A DNA stretch of 64,000 bases, from IMG/VR virus record IMGVR_UViG_3300037423_000584. One strand, written 5' to 3'. This DNA comes from a virus. Each line of letters starts with the position of its first letter. Position 1 is the first letter of the stretch. A program made the position numbers and the translations under genes. This document shows, in pieces, positions 56,025 to 64,000 of the stretch. The notes beneath the pieces are model-generated. The model searched no databases. It worked only from the letters and a program-made list of their open reading frames with translations, and was not told where the DNA came from.

Positions 56025-56485
56025 TAACTAATAGAATATCTATCTTTTTGTAATCCAACAGGAATAGGTGCTCTTATGATTTTGTAATTTCCAAAAATAA
56101 TGTCTTGACTATTTACGTTTGGCTTAATATACTGACATCTCAAAAGGTCTGGAACGTCAGTTAAAAATGATTTTAAGCGTATAACTGCACTCGGATGATC
56201 TACTCTAAGTCCGAAGTGTTCAAAGTCTTTAGGATCATATTTAATCAGAGCTTTTATTATTTTAGTATTTTGAGTCTCATCGGGAGCAGGAACTTCTGGT
56301 GTTCCTTTGTACGATGGTTTTCTTAGTTCATTTTCTCTAAGTGGATCATCAAACTCATCTTGTACATTTGTTACAGTTGGTTTAAAATATAAAGTTATAT
56401 TTTTGCCAAGATTTTCAATCAGAGAATCTATCTCTGTTTGATAAACCTTTACGAGATCTGAAAATGAATTTGGATCTAATGGCAT
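56006..56485 (-). CDS. Putative head closure protein
   Basis: Size and synteny in the head-tail joining module. Confidence 0.45.
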   Translation of the reverse strand: MPLDPNSFSDLVKVYQTEIDSLIENLGKNITLYFKPTVTNVQDEFDDPLRENELRKPSYKGTPEVPAPDETQNTKIIKALIKYDPKDFEHFGLRVDHPSAVIRLKSFLTDVPDLLRCQYIKPNVNSQDIIFGNYKIIRAPIPVGLQKDRYSISYWERIG

Positions 56486-56488
56486 ATT

Positions 56489-57013
56489 TTATCTAATATA
56501 AAGATTATTGAAAAAGTCAATAGTGTTAAAATTATCTGTAAGCCAAAATTTTGAGTGAGTAAATGGCGAACCAATAGCTTTACCAGCCTTCATGCTTCTC
56601 TTGTAACGCAAATCTTGTAATAGCTTATTATAAGCACCACATGGTCCTAGTTCCAAAATATCTCTATATCCTTTAAAACCACTTGTGGTATCGATCTCGG
56701 AATCTCCATCCCGTACTCTAATTCCAGTTTTTACAGCATTCTGATAAGTATTCAGATTAAGCATACAAGCTGCTTTTAGTGTAAAAAGAGCCATTGCTAC
56801 TGGATCAGAAGAAGAAGTTGATGTAGGGTCTGGCGAAATATTAGTAGAATCAAAATCAAAAGTATACGAAGTTGGAAAAGCGTAATCTTGTGTGGTTATA
56901 AGACCAGAAACCAATAGGGCTTCTTGGATTCTAGAATCTGTATAATTCTGAGTATCTCCGGTATCTCCTATGAGATTTCGTACCATCAGTGTTAATATTG
57001 GTTGCCATGCCAT
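56489..57013 (-). CDS. Putative head-tail adaptor
   Basis: 'VRNLIGDT....YTDSRIQ' helical N-terminus typical of adaptor proteins. Confidence 0.6.
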   Translation of the reverse strand: MAWQPILTLMVRNLIGDTGDTQNYTDSRIQEALLVSGLITTQDYAFPTSYTFDFDSTNISPDPTSTSSSDPVAMALFTLKAACMLNLNTYQNAVKTGIRVRDGDSEIDTTSGFKGYRDILELGPCGAYNKLLQDLRYKRSMKAGKAIGSPFTHSKFWLTDNFNTIDFFNNLYIR

Positions 57014-57028
57014 AGAATTTACCTTGGA

Positions 57029-57385
57029 TTATAGTGAATATTTTGGTACTGCTTGAACTTCTAAACTCTTTTGCAAATGAGTCACATATGTATCACCATC
57101 AAGTACCCATAGATTAATAAAATATTTTCCAGGATTTTCTGTCAATTCAGAAGATAATACATCTATTGAAATTTTCTTATTACTATTATCAATGTTAAAT
57201 CTTCCTGGATCTATAGAATATTTAATTATCAATATAGGAGTAGACGATGGAGTAGTTTTTGCAACACTTAATATAATATCTTCAACAGAAGTTAAATCAA
57301 TTTCTTGTGACGAAACGTTGTAAGAAATATCGTTAAAGGTTAATTTTATGTCAGAATTCTGAGGAACTTGATTAATCATAAACAT
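57029..57385 (-). CDS. BppU-like Ig-fold virion protein
   Basis: 'EIDLT...G.Y..LW' Ig-like pattern. Confidence 0.5.
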   Translation of the reverse strand: MFMINQVPQNSDIKLTFNDISYNVSSQEIDLTSVEDIILSVAKTTPSSTPILIIKYSIDPGRFNIDNSNKKISIDVLSSELTENPGKYFINLWVLDGDTYVTHLQKSLEVQAVPKYSL

Positions 57386-57388
57386 TTC

Positions 57389-57580
57389 CTACAATTGAGT
57401 TTCTTCAATTAAAACTGTATTATTTTCTATCTCTTTTATAAAAGTGGTATTAAATTCTATTTCCTTAAATAGTATAATATTATCATATATAACTTCATGG
57501 GTTATATTGATATTTAGTTTTCTGGATGCTCCTCCCATCCAGTATGCCAAGAGACTCCTAACTGTTGCTATTACAGACAT
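57389..57580 (-). CDS. Hypothetical protein
   Basis: TAATG overlap with the upstream gene. Confidence 0.55.
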   Translation of the reverse strand: MSVIATVRSLLAYWMGGASRKLNINITHEVIYDNIILFKEIEFNTTFIKEIENNTVLIEETQL

Positions 57581-58080
57581 TAATCTACCCCAGTTATCGG
57601 TTTTGCATTATTTGAAGTTTCTACTGTGCGTTCCCAAACAGGAGAAGAAAAATTATCAGTTTCATCAGTTACTTGAAGTGTAGTTCCGTCTATTCTCCAA
57701 GCATTTCTTAAGAATCTCATCGCATTTAAAGCACTTCTTGGTGCGATAGATCCAGAAACAGCAGTCCAATCTCTTGATAAATATGAATCTGCCAAGTCGT
57801 TGCGTGCAGAAGAAGTAGAAGATACAATGTTGGCATCTTCTACCTCTATATTTTCTTGTGCATAACTTGTTCCATCATCCCATATAACTTTACCTCTCCA
57901 TGCGACGTTAAAATCAACATAGGTACTATAAAGTCCTGCACCGGATGGATATTCAACAACACCAGAATTTGTTCTGTCTATTAATGTATTATTATCTTTG
58001 TCAACAAGACGATAATATAATCCACTTCCAATACCAGAAGTGCCCCAGTCCACTGATAATATTTTTTGTACTGTTGACAT
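57580..58080 (-). CDS. Putative virion protein
   Basis: Beta-rich N-terminus with 'GVVEYPSGAGLY'; structural module context. Confidence 0.5.
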   Translation of the reverse strand: MSTVQKILSVDWGTSGIGSGLYYRLVDKDNNTLIDRTNSGVVEYPSGAGLYSTYVDFNVAWRGKVIWDDGTSYAQENIEVEDANIVSSTSSARNDLADSYLSRDWTAVSGSIAPRSALNAMRFLRNAWRIDGTTLQVTDETDNFSSPVWERTVETSNNAKPITGVD

Positions 58081-58090
58081 TTTTTATCCA

Positions 58091-58453
58091 TTATTCTTGG
58101 AATAAATCCATGCATATTGATAAAGATTCTATTGGTAATTTTGAATCATTCAAAATACTGAGAGGAATAGGAGTAAATTGTACTTCAATTTGTTCTTGAA
58201 TTAAAGAATTTATCTCTTCTATAAATTTTGACATATTTTCTTGTGAAACAACAAATGTTCCTTTCTGATCCTCTTTTTCAATTCCATATTTCTTAACAAG
58301 TTCATTTCGTTGTTTTTCAAATATATCAAGACTAGTTCCTAATTCAGAAACAAGCTTTGCAAGTCGAAAACTGGCTGTTACAGGAAGAGAAATTTTGCTA
58401 ATTTCCTTTATTGCATTTACAATTTCTAACCAATTTTTAATACTCTTCTTCAT
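58091..58453 (-). CDS. Hypothetical phage protein (DUF1617-like helical)
   Basis: 'LPVTASFRLAK...R.ELVKKYG...F.EE...L'. Confidence 0.6.
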   Translation of the reverse strand: MKKSIKNWLEIVNAIKEISKISLPVTASFRLAKLVSELGTSLDIFEKQRNELVKKYGIEKEDQKGTFVVSQENMSKFIEEINSLIQEQIEVQFTPIPLSILNDSKLPIESLSICMDLFQE

Positions 58454-58559
58454 ATTTTGATCCTTTTTTTAATTACTATATAAAATATATCGTATTAGTA
58501 ATTAATAATTTTATCCATGTCCAATATAATTTTATACAATTTTTAATATAAATTATGTT

Positions 58560-59195
58560 TTAATTAATAGATTCTTCTGATTGATTAGTATTTGGATCAG
58601 AATCTGGTATTTGCTCTGGACTTGGATCTGGCTCAGGTGGAGGAGGTGGAGGAATTAATTTTAATTCCGAAGAAATAATAGTATTTCGCCGTAATAATAA
58701 TGTATTTCTAGTAACAGATGGTTCATATCCTTCACATGAACACTCTACTGTATATGTACCCTCCACCAATTCCTGAGTAATGTTTTTTGAGGAATCTATA
58801 GATATATTCTGACTAATTCCATCTTTGGTGATTGTAACAGCAGTATTTTCTGGTCCAGTAATAGTTAATTGATATACCATTCTTGGCATACCAGTAATTG
58901 GATCAAGTTTAATATCACCGGGAGCAACAATAGTGATAGTTCCTGGTTTTCCACTGTTAACTGCATTTTTCATAGCTGTTCCATCGGTGAACAGAGAGAT
59001 TGTCAATGGCAATCCAAGAACTTCGTCAATGATCTGTTGGGGTGTGAAATCTGGATCATCCCAGAATTCTCCGAAAATCAATTCATATAATACCTTATTT
59101 GATTGAGCGAATCTATCTCGTAATTCTGCAAACTTCTTCTGTTTATTAACGACTTTAGCAGCCCGTGAGTTTGTTAAATCATCCCAATTACTCAT
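58560..59195 (-). CDS. Hypothetical protein with PEGA-like domain and Pro-rich tail
   Basis: 'GPENTAVTI...GTYTVECSCEGYEP' followed by PPPPPPEPDPSP. Confidence 0.6.
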   Translation of the reverse strand: MSNWDDLTNSRAAKVVNKQKKFAELRDRFAQSNKVLYELIFGEFWDDPDFTPQQIIDEVLGLPLTISLFTDGTAMKNAVNSGKPGTITIVAPGDIKLDPITGMPRMVYQLTITGPENTAVTITKDGISQNISIDSSKNITQELVEGTYTVECSCEGYEPSVTRNTLLLRRNTIISSELKLIPPPPPPEPDPSPEQIPDSDPNTNQSEESIN

Positions 59196-59208
59196 TGTTT
59201 AATACTCC

Positions 59209-61998
59209 TTATATTATATATGGAACTTTAGTTGATCCAGAGGTGGGGCCGTTAGCTAATACCGGAGCACCATCTCCGTAATAATCAAGAGTTCCGGCAT
59301 CAGTACCACTCCTTCCGCCAGTCACGCTTACATCATCCACGTAGACGATTTGGTCCACCGAACTACTCGTCCCCGTCGCCCACACGTTGACGGCGAAGTA
59401 GAGGACGGCGTTGTCGGTAGGAGTGACGGTGACGGACAACTGCTCCCATGTTCCCGTCGCGGCCGAGGCGGTCGCCGTGGACGTCGCGACAGGACCGGCG
59501 AATTGATTTCCCGGACAGACTAGCGAGGCCCCGGCAAGAGACGTCTCCCTCCGTACCCAGACAGACACTGTGATCGGGACACCAGAGACGGCCGCTACGC
59601 GGGCAATACGGAACGGGTATGGATAGGCCGATCCTCGCTGGAACAGATTGGAGGTCGTTGACCAGTACAGTGTCACTTTGCGGGACTTGCCCCCGGCTGT
59701 GTGGACGATGGTGGATTCTTCCTGAATGCTCCCGCCGTCGAAAATGCTGACGTTCCCTTGGGACACCCCGTTGATCTTGAAATTCTGAAAGTGGATGGTC
59801 GGGTTGGTGGCCATTGACGCGTTAGGGGTGATCGATTTTAGGGGGTCAACGGCTCCAAAGTAGTTGGCCGTTACTACGTTGGTGTTGATCCAGTAGCATT
59901 CGTTTGACCCGCTAACGGACGTGTTGACCCCGGCCGTAGAGAAGTAGTTTAGCTGGTTGCTACTAAAGTTTTGCCATATATCGTATAGCGTGGTTCCGAT
60001 GATACGGCCTCTCCCAGCTCCGAGCAGTATCGGGCCGTTCCCGTTGCAGTTTCGCACGACACCGAGATACAGGTTTCCCTCTCCACTGAATCCCTGAAAT
60101 ACCGCACTTGCTCCCTGCCCACCATTGGAGATGTAATTCTTTATGGTCAGTGAGGAGTCGCGGTCGAACGATGCACCCATCGACACGCCACCGCTACTGA
60201 AAGCATTGATGAAGGTGAACGTGACGTCACTTCCCTGCGACCCGGTCCCGGACCATGATAGAGTACCCGAGCCAACAGCGGATTCGATGTTGATTGTCTG
60301 CGTGCTCGCCTGCGACATAGTAAGCGTCGTACTGAATCGGACGGCTGACAGGCCGGTGACGACCATGCTGGTGTTTGAGAGGTCGCATGCCAGAAGCGTA
60401 AAGCCACTATGGCCGGAATGGTCAATGTAGGTCTGGGCGGGTGTTTGCTGGGTACTCATGTCCGTCCGGTTCCACCCGCCGCTAATCTGGATACCCGAAC
60501 CTTTAGGGGCCGGCGACGGACCTCGGCCGGGCATTCGGATTAGAATACTACCCGAGGTCCCGAGCCCCAAGGCGTAGCTTCGAATGCATTCCCGCCGGTA
60601 TAAGGTGGCACCGGTCGCCGTAACTCCCGTATAGCCTCTCGTCGCGGACTGGTTGTTGGCGGACGAATGAGCGAAGTTCGAATCTTGGTCGATCAGAAGG
60701 CACTTACCGCCAGAACCGTTATCCCAGAAGCTGGCGACGGGCCACCACGCCTCGGAATCATCCCCGCCCGCACCGATCGAGTTGGCCTTACCGATTAAGC
60801 TAGCGTGAGTGATCGCCTTGGCGTTCGACGGGGCGACGACGGCGACTATGTTACAGACCTGCAACCCGATGGAAACAAATGAACCGGAGTCCCTATAGAT
60901 CGCAACGGAATTGATCCCGCTCGGGAGGGCTGATCCGTTATCAAAGACGACTGGATAGATAGCATTAACGCTTCCCGCCGGCAGTGGAATCGTGGTCACT
61001 GGGACGTCCCCCGTCGTATCAGAGCAAAGGCGAAGGGAGAAGTTGGCAGGGGTATTGCTGGACGCAGTTTTGAATTGCAAAGATATCTGCTGGTACGCCG
61101 ACAGGTCCAATGTGGACGGGAGGGTACGGTAGGCCAGCTTCCCCGCTGCCGTCCCTGAACATACCACGGAGAATTGTCCAGCCGGGTCCTTCATGGTTCC
61201 CGCCGAGCCGATTGTGTTCGGAGAGACAGCCGTCCACGCAGCCGAGATGCCGGTGCCCACTGCACGGTCAATCACCTTGAATCCGGTCGTACCCGTAAGC
61301 TCAACAACCTTGTTCCTGTATTGTCCGACCGTCACGTTGTTGTAGGTGGTGCCGGGAGCCGTGGACCCGTCCAGCGTGAACGTAGTAGTTCCCGTTACGG
61401 TGATTCTCCACAGGTTGTTTATTGGCGTGGAGACGCTGACGGCAGTTACGAATACCCAATCGCCGGTCTGGAAACCATGAGCAGTGGTGGTCGTAATCGA
61501 AACAGGTGTAGTATTGGTCGTTACATTGCTCGTCTTGGTGGATTCGTAGAACCGGCCGCTATCTGAGTCCTGCCAGTTCGACGTGATTCCGGTGCTGACC
61601 GGGGCAGGAGAGGCCATGACTCGGATGGTATCATTGGGCATCACGGAACTGAGGGTATTGAACGCGACGCTGTTGTTCGGAGTCTTCCATCGGCCACCGA
61701 TGTTGAACGTGTAGGTGCCGTTGGTAAGGGTCGTGCTGGTGTAGATGGTCGAACCGTTGGCGACATAAGTGAATGGCGAGAGCGTCAGGGTCGTGCTGTT
61801 CGGGACAGCCGTAATCAGGAACGCCCCTCTTGTCGTGAGCATGATCGACCGACCGATCAGTGCCGTGGTAAATCCTGTCGTCTGAGAGGATGCAACGAAA
61901 GAGGAGCTGGTGAGCGTGCCGCTTCCGGTATTTTCTAAGGCGAACGAGTCGCCACCCCACAGGTCGTTGCCGTTTTCGAGGTCGAAATACCAAATCAT
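59209..61998 (-). CDS. Putative tail spike/receptor-binding protein (beta-helix plus carbohydrate-binding-like C-terminus), GC-rich
   Basis: T/S/G-rich beta protein; C-terminal 'ITVSVWVR...TWEQLSVT...YVDDVSV' resembles CBM4/9. Confidence 0.65.
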   Translation of the reverse strand: MIWYFDLENGNDLWGGDSFALENTGSGTLTSSSFVASSQTTGFTTALIGRSIMLTTRGAFLITAVPNSTTLTLSPFTYVANGSTIYTSTTLTNGTYTFNIGGRWKTPNNSVAFNTLSSVMPNDTIRVMASPAPVSTGITSNWQDSDSGRFYESTKTSNVTTNTTPVSITTTTAHGFQTGDWVFVTAVSVSTPINNLWRITVTGTTTFTLDGSTAPGTTYNNVTVGQYRNKVVELTGTTGFKVIDRAVGTGISAAWTAVSPNTIGSAGTMKDPAGQFSVVCSGTAAGKLAYRTLPSTLDLSAYQQISLQFKTASSNTPANFSLRLCSDTTGDVPVTTIPLPAGSVNAIYPVVFDNGSALPSGINSVAIYRDSGSFVSIGLQVCNIVAVVAPSNAKAITHASLIGKANSIGAGGDDSEAWWPVASFWDNGSGGKCLLIDQDSNFAHSSANNQSATRGYTGVTATGATLYRRECIRSYALGLGTSGSILIRMPGRGPSPAPKGSGIQISGGWNRTDMSTQQTPAQTYIDHSGHSGFTLLACDLSNTSMVVTGLSAVRFSTTLTMSQASTQTINIESAVGSGTLSWSGTGSQGSDVTFTFINAFSSGGVSMGASFDRDSSLTIKNYISNGGQGASAVFQGFSGEGNLYLGVVRNCNGNGPILLGAGRGRIIGTTLYDIWQNFSSNQLNYFSTAGVNTSVSGSNECYWINTNVVTANYFGAVDPLKSITPNASMATNPTIHFQNFKINGVSQGNVSIFDGGSIQEESTIVHTAGGKSRKVTLYWSTTSNLFQRGSAYPYPFRIARVAAVSGVPITVSVWVRRETSLAGASLVCPGNQFAGPVATSTATASAATGTWEQLSVTVTPTDNAVLYFAVNVWATGTSSSVDQIVYVDDVSVTGGRSGTDAGTLDYYGDGAPVLANGPTSGSTKVPYII

Positions 61999-64000
61999 TA
62001 TATTCTCCTCAAGCGTACTTTAATAATAACATCATCACTAGCAGTAAAGCCAGAATCAGCGGCAAATAATAAAAACTGATCAGTGGACAAAGTAACTGAC
62101 TGCCAATCACAGTTTGCTGAATTAACTTGAGCTGATGTTAACGATGGCTTTGTGCCAGTAGCCGTCATATCAATAAATGTAACTAGATCAGTTGACTTAT
62201 AAGCAGAGAAATTACCAGTCGTTTGTGCTGTTTTAGATGATATTTGCCATGATACCACCTGACAATCAATATCGATTGGAATCTGAACTTGTTTTACACC
62301 AGCAGATACTGTTACTCCCGCTGGAATAACTAATGCTCGTTCAAAATCAAGATTTGGAGCCGTTATTTTTCCGATACAAGCAAATGTACCAGCAAGAGTT
62401 CCATTGCCTGATTTATCTACAGTAAATTTTGATGTATGCGTTCCACCACCAGCCGGACTTCCACCGTTGTCTCCATTTGATTGACTGTGTGTACCAAGAT
62501 TAATAAGATACTGTGTACCAGTGGTAGTATTATCTGCATCATAGAATGCACTGACATAAATAATTGAGTTTGTTTGCGTGCCGGTTTGCTGGATATTTGG
62601 AAGAATCGAAAAGACAACAGGAGCAGATGTTCTAACAGATGTAGTTGTATTACTGACAACCACATTCGCCCGATTGGTCATATTACCGGTCGTCAATACG
62701 ATGCCTCGATCGGACCCGGTCGAGAGGTAGTTATTACATGTGATCGAGTTGTTGGCGTTGACTGAGAGGACCGAGGAGAAGTCGTTCTTAGTGAACGTTA
62801 AACCGCCAGCCGTCGAGACCCCACCGGGAACGGATAGTGCCGAATTGTTAAGCGTGAACGTATTGATGTTGCTATTGAACGAGAGGATCGTGGTCCCGGC
62901 GTACGTCATGAGCCACGAGCCACGAGCCAGCGAGTCCACCGTGCCGAATGCCGGTTGAACCTGAACCGTCAGGTCGCAGGAAACGTCCGACCCGGCCCCA
63001 GTGGTGTTACGGCCGTTGCCGTGCAGACGCAGGAGTGGGCTGTACTGCACGCTCCCGGTCGTCGTGTTAGTCAGCAGCAGACCATCTGTACTGGTCGTAC
63101 CTATGCCACTCTTAGTAATAGTAGGAGTGCCACTTACTGCTGATACAGAAAAACCACCGCTAGTCATTCCCCCGCTAGCCGTGAAAGTGCCAGCAACAGT
63201 AGCATCACCCGTTGCATTAACAATGAAAGTCCCGTCCGTATTTCTGAGGGTATCTGCTTTTACCGTCGTTACGGTTACGGTCCCTCCGGTAATTGTTACA
63301 TTGCTAGCATTCTGAGATGCCATAGTTCCAGCATCAGTAATATTTGATAATGTATGAGTATGCCCTACTATGCTTACTGTTGTGCCGCCCAAAGTAAGCG
63401 TTGTAAACGCACCAGATCCACCTGTTATACTAACAGAATTAGAATTCTGTGAAGCTATAGTTCCAAGAGTAGAAATTCCATTTCTAAATGTATTATATGT
63501 AGTCGTATCTACTTTAAGACCAAGAGCAGTATCAACTTCTGTTGTTGTATAAGCTCCTACTTGTGCAGCAGTAGTTCCATGTGGATTAGTAATATCAGCT
63601 TCGTGTGCAGCTAAATCACTAGCTGTTGCAAAATCTCCAATATCATGAGTTGCAATTGTTCCAAGACCAAGATTAGTTCTGGCGATAGAAATATCTATTA
63701 AATCAGAAAGATTAGAAGATTTCGAAAGTTTTCCTGCTACAGTTGTTGTCAATGCGGTAACAACAGATTCATCATTTGCAAGTTGTGTGGCGATTTCGCC
63801 AAGAGTATCTAAAGTATCAGGAGCAGAGTTTATAAGAGCAGATATTTCAGTACGAACAAAAGCGGTTGTTGCAATTTGTGTTGTATTTGTTCCAGCAGTA
63901 GCAGTTGGAGCAGTTGGAATATTAATAAAATCAGGAGAATCTAGAGATGCTTTTGTTGCTAATGCAGAACTTAATCCAGTAATATCAGACTGTGCATGAC
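61998..64000 (-). CDS. Tail fibre protein, 5' end beyond the window
   Basis: Frame is open to base 64000: HAQSDITGL, PTAPTA.AGTNTTQIATTAFV, SAPDTLDTLGEIA, NPHGTTAAQVG, HTH fibre repeats. Confidence 0.85.
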   Translation of the reverse strand, partial: HAQSDITGLSSALATKASLDSPDFINIPTAPTATAGTNTTQIATTAFVRTEISALINSAPDTLDTLGEIATQLANDESVVTALTTTVAGKLSKSSNLSDLIDISIARTNLGLGTIATHDIGDFATASDLAAHEADITNPHGTTAAQVGAYTTTEVDTALGLKVDTTTYNTFRNGISTLGTIASQNSNSVSITGGSGAFTTLTLGGTTVSIVGHTHTLSNITDAGTMASQNASNVTITGGTVTVTTVKADTLRNTDGTFIVNATGDATVAGTFTASGGMTSGGFSVSAVSGTPTITKSGIGTTSTDGLLLTNTTTGSVQYSPLLRLHGNGRNTTGAGSDVSCDLTVQVQPAFGTVDSLARGSWLMTYAGTTILSFNSNINTFTLNNSALSVPGGVSTAGGLTFTKNDFSSVLSVNANNSITCNNYLSTGSDRGIVLTTGNMTNRANVVVSNTTTSVRTSAPVVFSILPNIQQTGTQTNSIIYVSAFYDADNTTTGTQYLINLGTHSQSNGDNGGSPAGGGTHTSKFTVDKSGNGTLAGTFACIGKITAPNLDFERALVIPAGVTVSAGVKQVQIPIDIDCQVVSWQISSKTAQTTGNFSAYKSTDLVTFIDMTATGTKPSLTSAQVNSANCDWQSVTLSTDQFLLFAADSGFTASDDVIIKVRLRRI

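Noticed and set aside
418-63999. Numerous short antisense or out-of-frame ORFs in the six-frame track
   Set aside because: They overlap well-supported genes, lack RBSs and motifs, and are expected shadows, especially in the TMP and GC-rich genes.
1-64000. Genome-wide stop codon reassignment (TAG or TGA)
   Set aside because: Genes are full length in code 11. TGA ends many genes in ATGA overlaps and TAG ends several without an in-frame continuation. Reading through the dnaE TAG would not reach the correct frame.
59209-64000. Diversity-generating retroelement or invertible fibre cassette
   Set aside because: No reverse transcriptase, recombinase, TR/VR pair or flanking inverted repeats were seen in the window.

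Overview
AT-rich segment of a large tailed dsDNA phage genome. It looks siphovirus-like: there is a 1995-aa tape measure and a tail tube gene, and no sheath gene in the window. The + strand (1-30949) carries a sugar-modification cluster (glycosyltransferases, SAM methyltransferase, HAD phosphatase, nucleotidyltransferase, cupin) and a C5 DNA methyltransferase. It also carries a replication/recombination module (DnaQ, RecA, DnaB, DnaG, dNMP kinase, Cas4/AddB-like nuclease, two-gene DnaE, macrodomain, annealing and ssDNA-binding proteins), a second glycosyltransferase cluster, and several intact or decayed homing endonucleases. After a terminator at about 30985 the - strand carries a glycoside hydrolase-CBM protein and the tail/neck morphogenesis genes, ending in GC-rich mosaic tail fibre genes. 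The most striking observation is at the start of dnaE. The true start (GTG 18454, MDNNYIIFHCH) is separated from the rest of the PHP motif (SVYSLLDG) by an 8-nt out-of-frame gap beginning with TAG, and this lies inside a long hairpin that also buries the RBS. It is a candidate programmed translational bypass. A second notable observation is a terminator-bounded, end-paired, multi-helix non-coding region attached to a minimal HNH gene within the tail operon. All assignments come from motif reading only; no searches were run.
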